In this document: piece by piece, positions 34,408 to 49,400 of the stretch | How positions within the stretch are numbered: position 1 is the stretch's first letter | How the letters are laid out: every line of letters starts with the position of its first letter | DNA from: Eledone cirrhosa | Lineage: Eukaryota | DNA: 64,000 nucleotides | NCBI GenBank assembly: GCA_964016885.1 | Contig: OZ024740.1 | Coordinates: 435,922,001-435,986,000, forward strand | Direction of reading: 5' to 3' | The notes under the pieces: generated by a model | Seen by the model: only the letters and a program-made list of their open reading frames with translations | Told to the model about the DNA's origin: nothing | The model's database searches: none | Position numbers and translations under genes: made by a program

Positions 34408-37400
34408 AGATGTGTGTATTATCTGATTATGTGTTGTATGTGGTCCTAGATGTGTGTATTACCTGATTATGTGTTGTATGTGGTCCTAGATGTGTGTATT
34501 ATCTGATTATGTGTTGTATGTGGTCCTAGATGTGTGTATTATCTGATTATGTGTTGTATGTGGTCCTAGATGTGTGTATTATCTGATTATGTGTTGTATG
34601 TGGTCCTAGATGTGTGTATTATCTGATTATGTGTTGTATGTGGTCATAGATGTGTGTATTATCTGATTATGTGTTGTATGTGGTCCTAGATGTGAGTATT
34701 ATCTGATTATGTGTTGTATGTGGTCCTAGATGTGTGTATTATCTGATTATGTGTTGTATGTGGTCCTAGATGTGTGTATTATCTGATTATGTGTTGTATG
34801 TGGTCCTAGATGTGTGTATTACCTGATTATGTGTTGTATGTGGTCCTAGATGTGTGTATTATCTGATTATGTGTTGTATGTGGTCCTAGATGTGTGTATT
34901 ATCTGATTATGTGTTGTATGTGGTCCTAGATGTGTGTATTACCTGATTATGTGTTGTATGTGGTCATAGATGTGTGTATTATCTGATTATGTGTTGTGTG
35001 TGGCCCTAGATGTGTGTATTACCTGATTGTGTTGTATGTGGTCCTAGATGTGTGTATTATCTGATTATGTGTTGTATGTGGCCCTAGATGTGTGTATTAT
35101 CTGATTATGTGTTGTGTGTGGCCCTAGATGTGTGTATTACCTGATTGTGTTGTATGTGGTCCTAGATGTGTGTATTATCTGATTATGTGTTGTATGTGGC
35201 CCTAGATGTGTGTATTACCTGATTATGTGTTGTGTGGCCCTAGATGTGTATATTACCTGATTATGTGTTGTATGCGGCCCTAGATGTGTGTATTACCTGA
35301 TTATGTGTTGTATGTGGCCCTAGATGTGTGTATTACCTGATTATGTGTTGTATGTGGCCCTAGATGTGTGTATTACCTGATTATGTGTTGTATGTGGTCC
35401 TAGATGTGTGTATTATCTGATTATGTGTTGTATGTGGTCCTAGATGTGTGTATTACCTGATTATGTGTTGTATGTGGCCCTAGATGTGTGTATTACCTGA
35501 TTATGTGTTGTATGTGGCCCTAGATGTGTGTATTACCTGATTATGTGTTGTGTGTGGCCCTAGATGTGTGTATTACCTGATTATGTGTTGTATGTGGTCC
35601 TAGATGTGTGTATTATCTGATTATGTGTTGTATGTGGTCCTAGATGTGTGTATTACCTGATTATGTGTTGTATGTGGCCCTAGATGTGTGTATTACCTGA
35701 TTATGTGTTTTACGTGGCCCTAGATGTGTGTATTACCTGATTATGTGTTGTATGTGGCCCTAGATGTGTGTATTACCTGATTATGTGTTGTATGTGGCCC
35801 TAGATGTGTGTATTACCTGATTATGTGTTGTATGTGGTCCTAGATGTGTGTATTACTTGATTATGTGTTGTATGTGGTCCTAGATGTGTGTATTACCTGA
35901 TTATGTGTTGTATGTGGCCCTAGATGTGTGTATTACCTGATTATGTGTTGTATGTGGTCCTAGATGTGTGTATTATCTGATTATGTGTTGTATGTGGTCC
36001 TAGATGTGTGTATTACCTGATTATGTGTTGTATGTGGCCCTAGATGTGTGTATTACCTGATTGTGTTGTATGTGGCCCTAGATGTGTGTATTACCTGATT
36101 ATGTGTTGTATGTGGCCTAGATGTGTGTATTACCTGATTATGCGTTGTATGTGGTCCTAGATGTGTGTATTACCTGATTATGTGTTGTATGTTGTCCTAG
36201 ATGTGTGTATTATCTGATTATGTGTTGTATGTGGTCCTAGATGTGTGTATTACCTGATTATGTGTTGTATGTGGTCCTAGATGTGTGTATTATCTGATTA
36301 TGTGTTGTATGTGGTCCTATATGTGTGTATTACCTGATTATGTGTTGTATGTGGTCCTAGATGTGTGTATTATCTGATTATGTGTTGTATGTGGCCCTAG
36401 ATGTGTGTATTACCTGATTATGTGTTGTATGTGGTCCTAGATGTGTGTATTATCTGATTATGTGTTGTATGTGGTCCTAGATGTGTGTATTACCTGATTA
36501 TGTGTTGTGTGGCCCTAGATGTGTGTATTACCTGATTATGTGTTGTATGCGGCCCTAGATGTGTGTATTACCTGATTATGTGTTGTATGTGGCCCTAGAT
36601 GTGTGTATTACCTGATTATGTGTTGTATGTGGCCCTAGATGTGTGTATTACCTGATTATGTGTTGTATGTGGTCCTAGATGTGTGTATTATCTGATTATG
36701 TGTTGTATGTGGTCCTAGATGTGTGTATTACCTGATTATGTGTTGTATGTGGCCCTAGATGTGTGTATTACCTGATTATGTGTTGTATGTGGCCCTAGAT
36801 GTGTGTATTACCTGATTATGTGTTGTATGTGGCCCTAGATGTGTGTATTACCTGATTATGTGTTGTATGTGGCCCTAGATGTGTGTATTACCTGATTATG
36901 TGTTGTATGTGGCCCTAGATGTGTGTATTACCTGATTATGTGTTGTATGTGGTCCTAGATATGTGTATTACCTGATTGTGTTGTAAGTGGCCCTAGATGT
37001 GTGTATTACCTGATTGTGTTGTATGTGGTCCTAGATGTGTGTATTATCTGATTATGTGTTGTATGTGGTCCTAGATGTGTGTATTATCTGATTATGTGTT
37101 GTATGTGGTCCTAGATGTGTGTATTACCTGATTGTGTTGTATGTGGCCCTAGATGTGTGTATTACCTGATTATGTGTTGTATGTGGTCCTAGATGTGTGT
37201 ATTACCTGATTGTGCTGTATGTGGCCCTAGATGTGTGTATTACCTGATTATGTGTTGTATGTGGTCCTAGATGTGTGTATTACCTGATTATGTGTTGTAT
37301 GTGGTCCTAGATGTGTGTATTACCTGATTGTGTTGTATGTGGTCCTAGATGTGTGTATTACCTGATTATGTGTTGTATGTGGTCCTAGATGTGTGTATTA

Positions 37401-40400
37401 CCTGATTATGTGTTGTATGTGGCCCTAGATGTGTGTATTACCTGATTATGTGTTGTATGTGGTCCTAGATGTGTGTATTACCTGATTGTGTTGTATGTGG
37501 TCCTAGATGTGTGTATTACCTGATTATGTGTTGTATGTGGTCCTAGATGTGTGTATTACCTGATTATGTGTTGTATGTGGTCCTAGATGTGTGTATTACC
37601 TGATTGTGTTATATGTGGTCCTAGATGTGTGTATTACCTGATTGTGTTGTATGTGGCCCTAGATGTGTGTATTACCTGATTATGTGTTGTATGTGGTCCT
37701 AGATGTGTGTATTACCTGATTGTGTTGTATGTGGTCCTAGATGTGTGTATTACCTGATTATGTGTTGTATGTGGTCCTAGATGTGTGTATTACCTGATTA
37801 TGTGTTGTATGTGGTCCTAGATGTCTGTATTACCTGATTGTGTTGTATGTGGCCCTAGATGTGTGTATTACCTGATTGTGTTGTATGTGGCCCTAGATGT
37901 GTGTATTACCTGATTGTGTTGTATGTGATCCTAGATTTGTGTATTACCTGATTATGTGTTGTATGTGGTCCTAGATGTGTGTATTATCTGATTGTGTTGT
38001 ATGTGGTCCTAGATGTGTGTATTATCTGATTATGTGTTGTATGTGGTCCTAGATGTGTGTATTATCTGATTGTGTTGTATGTGGTCCTAGATGTGTGTAT
38101 TATCTGATTATGTGTTGTATGTGGTCCTAGATGTGTGTATTACCTGATTGTGTTGTATGTGGTCCTAGATGTGTGTATTACCTGATTATGTGTTGTATGT
38201 GGTCCTAGATGTGTGTATTACCTGATTATGTGTTGTATGTGGCCCTAGATGTGTGTATTACCTGATTGTGTTGTATGTGGCCCTAGATGTGTGTATTACC
38301 TGATTATGTGTTGTATGTGGTCCTAGATGTGTGTATTACCTGATTGTGTTGTATGTGGTCCTAGATGTGTGTATTACCTGATTATGTGCTGTATGTGGTC
38401 CTAGATGTGGGTATTACCTGATTATGTGTTGTATGTGGCCCTAGATGTGTGTATTACCTGATTGTGTTGTATGTGGCCCTAGATGTGTGTATTACCTGAT
38501 TATGTGTTGTATGTGGTCCTAGATGTGTGTATTACCTGATTATGTGTTGTATGTGGTCCTAGATGTGTGTATTACCTGATTGTGTTGTATGTGGCCCTAG
38601 ATGTGTGTATTACCTGATTATGTGTTGTATGTGGTCCTAGATGTGTGTATTACCTGATTGTGTTGTATGTGGCCCTAGATGTGTGTATTACCTGATTATG
38701 TGTTGTATGTGGCCCTAGATGTGTGTAATACCTGATTATGTGTTGTATGTGGTCCTAGATGTGTGTATTACCTGATTATGTGTTGTATGTGGTCCTAGAT
38801 GTGTGTATTATCTGATTATGTGTTGTATGTGGTCCTAGATGTGTGTATTACCTGATTATGTGTTGTATGTGGCCCTAGATGTGTGTATTACCTGATTATG
38901 TGTTGTATGTGGCCCTAGATGTGTGTATTACCTGATTATGTGTTGTATGTGGCCCTAGATGTGTGTATTACCTGATTGTGTTGTATGTGGTCCTAGATGT
39001 GTGTATTACCTGATTATGTGCTGTATGTGGTCCTAGATGTGTGTATTACCTGATTATGTGTTGTATGTGGCCCTAGATGTGTGTATTACCTGATTGTGTT
39101 GTATGTGGCCCTAGATGTGTGTATTACCTGATTATGTGTTGTATGTGGTCCTAGATGTGTGTATTACCTGATTATGTGTTGTATGTGGTCCTAGATGTGT
39201 GTATTACCTGATTGTGTTGTATGTGGCCCTAGATGTGTGTATTACCTGATTATGTGTTGTATGTGGTCGTAGATGTGTGTATTACCTGATTATGTGTTGT
39301 ATGTGGTGCTAGATGTGTGTATTACCTGATTGTGTTGTATGTGGCCCAAGATGTGTGTATTACCTGATTATGTGTTGTATGTGGCCCTAGATGTGTGTAA
39401 TACCTGATTATGTGTTGTATGTGGTCCTAGATGTGTGTATTACCTGATTATGTGTTGTATGTGGTCCTAGATGTGTGTATTATCTGATGATGTGTTGTAT
39501 GTGGTCCTAGATGTGTGTATTATCTGATTATGTGTTGTATGTGGTCCTAGATGTGTGTATTATCTGATTATGTGTTGTATGTGGTCCTAGATGTGTGTAT
39601 TATCTGATTGTGTTGTATGTGGCCCTAGATGTGTGTATTACCTGATTATGTGTTGTATGTGGCCCTAGATGTGTGTATTACCTGATTGTGTTGTATGTGG
39701 TCCTAGATGTGTGTATTACCTGATTATGTGTTGTATGTGGTCCTAGATGTGTGTATTACCTGATTATGTGTTGTATGTGGCCCTAGATGTGTGTATTACC
39801 TGATTGTGTTGTATGTGGCCCTAGATGTGTGTATTACCTGATTATGTGTTGTATGTGGCCCTAGATGTGTGTATTACCTGATTATGTGTTGTATGTGGCC
39901 CTAGATGTGTGTATTACCTGATTATGTGTTGTATGTGGTCCTTGATGTGTGTATTACCTGATTATGTGTTGTGTGTGGTCCTAGACGTGTGTATTACCTG
40001 ATTATGTGTTGTATGTGGTCCTAGATGTGTGTATTACCTGATTGTGTTGTATGTGGTCCTAGATGTGTGTATTACCTGATTATGTGTTGTATGTGGTCCT
40101 AGATGTGTGTATTACCTGATTATGTGTTGTATGTGGCCCTAGATGTGTGTATTATCTGATTATGTGTTGTATGTGGTCCTAGATGTGTGTATTACCTGAT
40201 TGTGTTGTATGTGGCCCTAGATGTGTGTATTACCTGATTATGTGTTGTATGTCGTCCTAGATGTGTGTATTACCTGATTATGTGTTGTATGTGGTCCTAG
40301 ATGTGTGTATTACCTGATTGTGTTATATGTGGTCCTAGATGTGTGTATTACCTGATTGTGTTGTATGTGGCCCTAGATGTGTGTATTACCTGATTATGTG

Positions 40401-43400
40401 TTGTATGTGGTCCTAGATGTGTGTATTACCTGATTGTGTTGTATGTGGTCCTAGATGTGTGTATTACCTGATTATGTGTTGTATGTGGTCCTAGATGTGT
40501 GTATTACCTGATTATGTGTTGTATGTGGTCCTAGATGTGTGTATTACCTGATTGTGTTGTATGTGGCCCTAGATGTGTGTATTACCTGATTGTGTTGTAT
40601 GTGGCCCTAGATGTGTGTATTACCTGATTGTGTTGTATGTGGTCCTAGATGTGTGTATTACCTGATTATGTGTTGTATGTGGTCCTGGATGTGTGTATTA
40701 TCTGATTGTGTTGTATGTGGTCCTAGATGTGTGTATTATCTGATTATGTGTTGTATGTGGTCCTAGATGTGTGTATTATCTGATTGTGTTGTATGTGGTC
40801 CTAGATGTGTGTATTATCTGATTATGTGTTGTATGTGGTCCTAGATGTGTGTATTACCTGATTGTGTTGTATGTGGTCCTAGATGTGTGTATTACCTGAT
40901 TATGTGTTGTATGTGGTCCTAGATGTGTGTATTACCTGATTATGTGTTGTATGTGGCCCTAGATGTGTGTATTACCTGATTGTGTTGTATGTGGCCCTAG
41001 ATGTGTGTATTACCTGATTATGTGTTGTATGTGGTCCTAGATGTGTGTATTACCTGATTGTGTTGTATGTGGTCCTAGATGTGTGTATTACCTGATTATG
41101 TGCTGTATGTGGTCCTAGATGTGTGTATTACCTGATTATGTGTTGTATGTGGCCCTAGATGTGTGTATTACCTGATTGTGTTGTATGTGGCCCTAGATGT
41201 GTGTATTACCTGATTATGTGTTGTATGTGGTCCTAGATGTGTGTATTACCTGATTATGTGTTGTATGTGGTCCTAGATGTGTGTATTACCTGATTGTGTT
41301 GTATGTGGCCCTAGATGTGTGTATTACCTGATTATGTGTTGTATGTGGTCGTAGATGTGTGTATTACCTGATTATGTGTTGTATGTGGTCCTAGATGTGT
41401 GTATTACCTGATTGTGTTGTATGTGGCCCAAGATGTGTGTATTACCTGATTATGTGTTGTATGTGGCCCTAGATGTGTGTAATACCTGATTATGTGTTGT
41501 ATGTGGTCCTAGATGTGTGTATTACCTGATTATGTGTTGTATGTGGTCCTAGATGTGTGTATTATCTGATGATGTGTTGTATGTGGTCCTAGATGTGTGT
41601 ATTATCTGATTATGTGTTGTATGTGGTCCTAGATGTGTGTATTATCTGATTATGTGTTGTATGTGGTCCTAGATGTGTGTATTATCTGATTGTGTTGTAT
41701 GTGGCCCTAGATGTGTGTATTACCTGATTATGTGTTGTATGTGGCCCTAGATGTGTGTATTACCTGATTGTGTTGTATGTGGTCCTAGATGTGTGTATTA
41801 CCTGATTATGTGTTGTATGTGGTCCTAGATGTGTGTATTACCTGATTATGTGTTGTATGTGGCCCTAGATGTGTGTATTACCTGATTGTGTTGTATGTGG
41901 CCCTAGATGTGTGTATTACCTGATTATGTGTTGTATGTGGCCCTAGATGTGTGTATTACCTGATTATGTGTTGTATGTGGCCCTAGATGTGTGTATTACC
42001 TGATTATGTGTTGTATGTGGTCCTTGATGTGTGTATTACCTGATTATGTGTTGTGTGTGGTCCTAGATGTGTGTATTACCTGATTATGTGTTGTATGTGG
42101 TCCTAGATGTGTGTATTACCTGATTGTGTTGTATGTGGTCCTAGATGTGTGTATTACCTGATTATGTGTTGTATGTGGTCCTAGATGTGTGTATTACCTG
42201 ATTATGTGTTGTATGTGGCCCTAGATGTGTGTATTACCTGATTATGTGTTGTATGTGTCCTAGATGTGTGTATTACCTGATTGTGTTGTATGTGGCCCTA
42301 GATGTGTGTATTACCTGATTATGTGTTGTATGTCGTCCTAGATGTGTGTATTACCTGATTATGTGTTGTATGTGGTCCTAGATGTGTGTATTACCTGATT
42401 GTGTTATATGTGGTCCTAGATGTGTGTATTACCTGATTGTGTTGTATGTGGCCCTAGATGTGTGTATTACCTGATTATGTGTTGTATGTGGTCCTAGATG
42501 TGTGTATTACCTGATTGTGTTGTATGTGGTCCTAGATGTGTGTATTACCTGATTATGTGTTGTATGTGGTCCTAGATGTGTGTATTACCTGATTATGTGT
42601 TGTATGTGGTCCTAGATGTGTGTATTACCTGATTGTGTTGTATGTGGCCCTAGATGTGTGTATTACCTGATTGTGCTGTATGTGGCCCTAGATGTGTGTA
42701 TTACCTGATTGTGTTGTATGTGGTCCTAGATGTGTGTATTACCTGATTATGTGTTGTATGTGGTCCTGGATGTGTGTATTATCTGATTGTGTTGTATGTG
42801 GTCCTAGATGTGTGTATTATCTGATTATGTGTTGTATGTGGTCCTAGATGTGTGTATTATCTGATTGTGTTGTATGTGGTCCTAGATGTGTGTATTATCT
42901 GATTATGTGTTGTATGTGGTCCTAGATGTGTGTATTACCTGATTGTGTTGTATGTGGTCCTAGATGTGTGTATTACCTGATTATGTGTTGTATGTGGTCC
43001 TAGATGTGTGTATTACCTGATTATGTGTTGTATGTGGCCCTAGATGTGTGTATTACCTGATTGTGTTGTATGTGGCCCTAGATGTGTGTATTACCTGATT
43101 ATGTGTTGTATGTGGTCCTAGATGTGTGTATTACCTGATTGTGTTGTATGTGGTCCTAGATGTGTGTATTACCTGATTATGTGCTGTATGTGGTCCTAGA
43201 TGTGTGTATTACCTGATTATGTGTTGTATGTGGCCCTAGATGTGTGTATTACCTGATTGTGTTGTATGTGGCCCTAGATGTGTGTATTACCTGATTATGT
43301 GTTGTATGTGGTCCTAGATGTGTGTATTACCTGATTATGTGTTGTATGTGGTCCTAGATGTGTGTATTACCTGATTGTGTTGTATGTGGCCCTAGATGTG

Positions 43401-46400
43401 TGTATTACCTGATTATGTGTTGTATGTGGTCGTAGATGTGTGTATTACCTGATTATGTGTTGTATGTGGTCCTAGATGTGTGTATTACCTGATTGTGTTG
43501 TATGTGGCCCTAGATGTGTGTATTACCTGATTATGTGTTGTATGTGGCCCTAGATGTGTGTAATACCTGATTATGTGTTGTATGTGGTCCTAGATGTGTG
43601 TATTACCTGATTATGTGTTGTATGTAGTCCTAGATGTGTGTATTATCTGATTATGTGTTGTATGTGGTCCTAGATGTGTGTATTATCTGATTATGTGTTG
43701 TATGTGGTCCTAGATGTGTGTATTATCTGATTATGTGTTGTATGTGGTCCTAGATGTGTGTATTACCTGATTGTGTTGTATGTGGCCCTAGATGTGTGTA
43801 TTACCTGATTATGTGTTGTATGTGGCCCTAGATGTGTGTATTACCTGATTATGTGTTGTATGTGGCCCTAGATGTGTGTATTACCTGATTATGTGTTGTA
43901 TGTGGTCCTTGATGTGTGTATTACCTGATTATGTGTTGTGTGTGGTCCTAGATGTGTGTATTACCTGATTATGTGTTGTATGTGGTCCTAGATGTGTGTA
44001 TTACCTGATTGTGTTGTATGTGGTCCTAGATGTGTGTATTACCTGATTATGTGTTGTATGTGGTCCTAGATGTGTGTATTACCTGATTATGTGTTGTATG
44101 TGGCCCTAGATGTGTGTATTACCTGATTATGTGTTGTATGTGGTCCTAGATGTGTGTATTACCTGATTGTGTTGTATGTGGCCCTTGATGTGTGTATTAC
44201 CTGATTATGTGTTGTATGTCGTCCTAGATGTGTGTATTACCTGATTATGTGTTGTATGTGGCCCTAGATGTGTGTATTACCTGATTGTGTTATATGTGGT
44301 CCTAGATGTGTGTATTACCTGATTGTGTTGTATGTGGCCCTAGATGTGTGTATTACCTGATTATGTGTTGTATGTGGTCCTAGATGTGTGTATTACCTGA
44401 TTGTGTTGTATGTGGTCCTAGATGTGTGTATTACCTGATTGTGTTGTATGTGGTCCTAGATGTGTGTATTGCCTGATTATGTGTTGTATGTGGTCCTAGA
44501 TGTGTGTATTACCTGATTATGTGTTGTATGTGGTCCTAGATGTGTGTATTACCTGATTGTGTTGTATGTGGCCCTAGATGTGTGTATTACCTGATTGTGT
44601 TGTATGTGGCCCTAGATGTGTGTATTACCTGATTGTGTTGTATGTGGTCCTAGATGTGTGTATTACCTGATTATGTGTTGTATGTGGTCCTAGATGTGTG
44701 TATTACCTGATTATGTGTTGTATGTGGCCCTAGATGTGTGTATTACCTGATTGTGTTCTATGTGGTCCTAGATGTGTGTATTACCTGATTATGTGTTGTA
44801 TGTGGTCCTAGATGTGTGTATTATCTGATTATGTGTTGTATGTGGTCCCAGATGTGTGTATTACCTGATTATGTGTTGTATGTGGTCCTAGATGTGTGTA
44901 TTACCTGATTGTGTTGTATGTGGTCCTAGATGTGTGTATTACCTGATTATGTGTTGTATGTGGTCCTAGATGTGTGTATTATCTGATTGTGTTGTATGTG
45001 GTCCTAGATGTGTGTATTACCTGATTATGTGTTGTATGTGGTCCTAGATGTGTGTATTACCTGATTGTGTTGTATGTGGCCCTAGATGTGTGTATTACCT
45101 GATTGTGTTGTATGTGGCCCTAGATGTGTGTATTACCTGATTGTGTTGTATGTGGTCCTAGATGTGTGTATTACCTGATTATGTGTTGTATGTGGTCCTA
45201 GATGTGTGTATTATCTGATTATGTGTTGTATGTGGTCCTAGATGTGTGTATTACCTGATTGTGTTGTATGTGGCCCTAGATGTGTGTATTACCTGATTAT
45301 GTGTTGTATGTGGTCCTAGATGTGTGTAATATCTGATTGTGTTGTATGTGGCCCTAGATGTGTGTATTACCTGATTGTGTTGTATGTGGTCCTAGATGTG
45401 TGTATTACCTGATTATGTGTTGTATGTGGTCCTAGATGTGTGTATTATCTGATTATGTGTTGTATGTGGTCCTAGATGTGTGTATTACCTGATTGTGTTG
45501 TATGTGGCCCTAGATGTGTGTATTACCTGATTATGTGTTGTATGTGGTCCTAGATGTGTGTATTACCTGATTATGTGTTGTATGTGGTCCTAGATGTGTG
45601 TATTATCTGATTATGTGTTGTATGTGGTCCTAGATGTGTGTATTACCTGATTATGTGTTGTATGTGGTCCTAGATGTGTGTATTATCTGATTGTGTTGTA
45701 TGTGGTCCTAGATGTGTGTATTATCTGATTATGTGTTGTATGTGGTCCTAGATGTGTGTATTATCTGATTGTGTTGTATGTGGTCCTAGTTGTGTGTATT
45801 ATCTGATTATGTGTTGCATGTGGTCCTTGATGTGTGTATTACCTGATTATGTGTTGTATGTGGTCCTAGATGTGTGTATTATCTGATTGTGTTGTATGTG
45901 GTCCTAGATGTGTGTATTACCTGATTATGTGTTGTATGTGGTCCTAGATGTGTGTATTATCTGATTATGTGTTGTATGTGGTCCTAGATGTGTGTATTAT
46001 CTGATTGTGTTGTATGTGGCCCTAGATGTGTGTATTACCTGATTATGTGTTGTATGTGGCCCTAGATGTGTGTATTACCTGATTGTGTTGTATGTGGTCC
46101 TAGATGTGTGTATTACCTGATTATGTGTTGTATGTGGTCCTAGATGTGTGTATTACCTGATTATGTGTTGTATGTGGCCCTAGATGTGTGTATTACCTGA
46201 TTGTGTTGTATGTGGCCCTAGATGTGTGTATTACCTGATTATGTGTTGTATGTGGCCCTAGATGTGTGTATTACCTGATTATGTGTCGTATGTGGCCCTA
46301 GATGTGTGTATTACCTGATTATGTGTTGTATGTGGTCCTTGATGTGTGTATTACCTGATTATGTGTTGTGTGTGGTCCTAGATGTGTGTATTACCTGATT

Positions 46401-49400
46401 ATGTGTTGTATGTGGTCCTAGATGTGTGTATTACCTGATTGTGTTGTATGTGGTCCTAGATGTGTGTATTACCTGATTATGTGTTGTATGTGGTCCTAGA
46501 TGTGTGTATTACCTGATTATGTGTTGTATGTGGCCCTAGATGTGTGTATTACCTGATTATGTGTTGTATGTGTCCTAGATGTGTGTATTACCTGATTGTG
46601 TTGTATGTGGCCCTAGATGTGTGTATTACCTGATTATGTGTTGTATGTCGTCCTAGATGTGTGTATTACCTGATTATGTGTTGTATGTGGTCCTAGATGT
46701 GTGTATTACCTGATTGTGTTATATGTGGTCCTAGATGTGTGTATTACCTGATTGTGTTGTATGTGGCCCTAGATGTGTGTATTACCTGATTATGTGTTGT
46801 ATGTGGTCCTAGATGTGTGTATTACCTGATTGTGTTGTATGTGGTCCTAGATGTGTGTATTACCTGATTATGTGTTGTATGTGGTCCTAGATGTGTGTAT
46901 TACCTGATTATGTGTTGTATGTGGTCCTAGATGTGTGTATTACCTGATTGTGTTGTATGTGGCCCTAGATGTGTGTATTACCTGATTGTGCTGTATGTGG
47001 CCCTAGATGTGTGTATTACCTGATTGTGTTGTATGTGGTCCTAGATGTGTGTATTACCTGATTATGTGTTGTATGTGGTCCTGGATGTGTGTATTATCTG
47101 ATTGTGTTGTATGTGGTCCTAGATGTGTGTATTATCTGATTATGTGTTGTATGTGGTCCTAGATGTGTGTATTATCTGATTGTGTTGTATGTGGTCCTAG
47201 ATGTGTGTATTATCTGATTATGTGTTGTATGTGGTCCTAGATGTGTGTATTACCTGATTGTGTTGTATGTGGTCCTAGATGTGTGTATTACCTGATTATG
47301 TGTTGTATGTGGTCCTAGATGTGTGTATTACCTGATTATGTGTTGTATGTGGCCCTAGATGTGTGTATTACCTGATTGTGTTGTATGTGGCCCTAGATGT
47401 GTGTATTACCTGATTATGTGTTGTATGTGGTCCTAGATGTGTGTATTACCTGATTGTGTTGTATGTGGTCCTAGATGTGTGTATTACCTGATTATGTGCT
47501 GTATGTGGTCCTAGATGTGTGTATTACCTGATTATGTGTTGTATGTGGCCCTAGATGTGTGTATTACCTGATTGTGTTGTATGTGGCCCTAGATGTGTGT
47601 ATTACCTGATTATGTGTTGTATGTGGTCCTAGATGTGTGTATTACCTGATTATGTGTTGTATGTGGTCCTAGATGTGTGTATTACCTGATTGTGTTGTAT
47701 GTGGCCCTAGATGTGTGTATTACCTGATTATGTGTTGTATGTGGTCGTAGATGTGTGTATTACCTGATTATGTGTTGTATGTGGTCCTAGATGTGTGTAT
47801 TACCTGATTGTGTTGTATGTGGCCCTAGATGTGTGTATTACCTGATTATGTGTTGTATGTGGCCCTAGATGTGTGTAATACCTGATTATGTGTTGTATGT
47901 GGTCCTAGATGTGTGTATTACCTGATTATGTGTTGTATGTAGTCCTAGATGTGTGTATTATCTGATTATGTGTTGTATGTGGTCCTAGATGTGTGTATTA
48001 TCTGATTATGTGTTGTATGTGGTCCTAGATGTGTGTATTATCTGATTATGTGTTGTATGTGGTCCTAGATGTGTGTATTACCTGATTGTGTTGTATGTGG
48101 CCCTAGATGTGTGTATTACCTGATTATGTGTTGTATGTGGCCCTAGATGTGTGTATTACCTGATTATGTGTTGTATGTGGCCCTAGATGTGTGTATTACC
48201 TGATTATGTGTTGTATGTGGTCCTTGATGTGTGTATTACCTGATTATGTGTTGTGTGTGGTCCTAGATGTGTGTATTACCTGATTATGTGTTGTATGTGG
48301 TCCTAGATGTGTGTATTACCTGATTGTGTTGTATGTGGTCCTAGATGTGTGTATTACCTGATTATGTGTTGTATGTGGTCCTAGATGTGTGTATTACCTG
48401 ATTATGTGTTGTATGTGGCCCTAGATGTGTGTATTACCTGATTATGTGTTGTATGTGGTCCTAGATGTGTGTATTACCTGATTGTGTTGTATGTGGCCCT
48501 TGATGTGTGTATTACCTGATTATGTGTTGTATGTCGTCCTAGATGTGTGTATTACCTGATTATGTGTTGTATGTGGCCCTAGATGTGTGTATTACCTGAT
48601 TGTGTTATATGTGGTCCTAGATGTGTGTATTACCTGATTGTGTTGTATGTGGCCCTAGATGTGTGTATTACCTGATTATGTGTTGTATGTGGTCCTAGAT
48701 GTGTGTATTACCTGATTGTGTTGTATGTGGTCCTAGATGTGTGTATTACCTGATTGTGTTGTATGTGGTCCTAGATGTGTGTATTGCCTGATTATGTGTT
48801 GTATGTGGTCCTAGATGTGTGTATTACCTGATTATGTGTTGTATGTGGTCCTAGATGTGTGTATTACCTGATTGTGTTGTATGTGGCCCTAGATGTGTGT
48901 ATTACCTGATTGTGTTGTATGTGGCCCTAGATGTGTGTATTACCTGATTGTGTTGTATGTGGTCCTAGATGTGTGTATTACCTGATTATGTGTTGTATGT
49001 GGTCCTAGATGTGTGTATTACCTGATTATGTGTTGTATGTGGCCCTAGATGTGTGTATTACCTGATTGTGTTCTATGTGGTCCTAGATGTGTGTATTACC
49101 TGATTATGTGTTGTATGTGGTCCTAGATGTGTGTATTATCTGATTATGTGTTGTATGTGGTCCCAGATGTGTGTATTACCTGATTATGTGTTGTATGTGG
49201 TCCTAGATGTGTGTATTACCTGATTGTGTTGTATGTGGTCCTAGATGTGTGTATTACCTGATTATGTGTTGTATGTGGTCCTAGATGTGTGTATTATCTG
49301 ATTGTGTTGTATGTGGTCCTAGATGTGTGTATTACCTGATTATGTGTTGTATGTGGTCCTAGATGTGTGTATTACCTGATTGTGTTGTATGTGGCCCTAG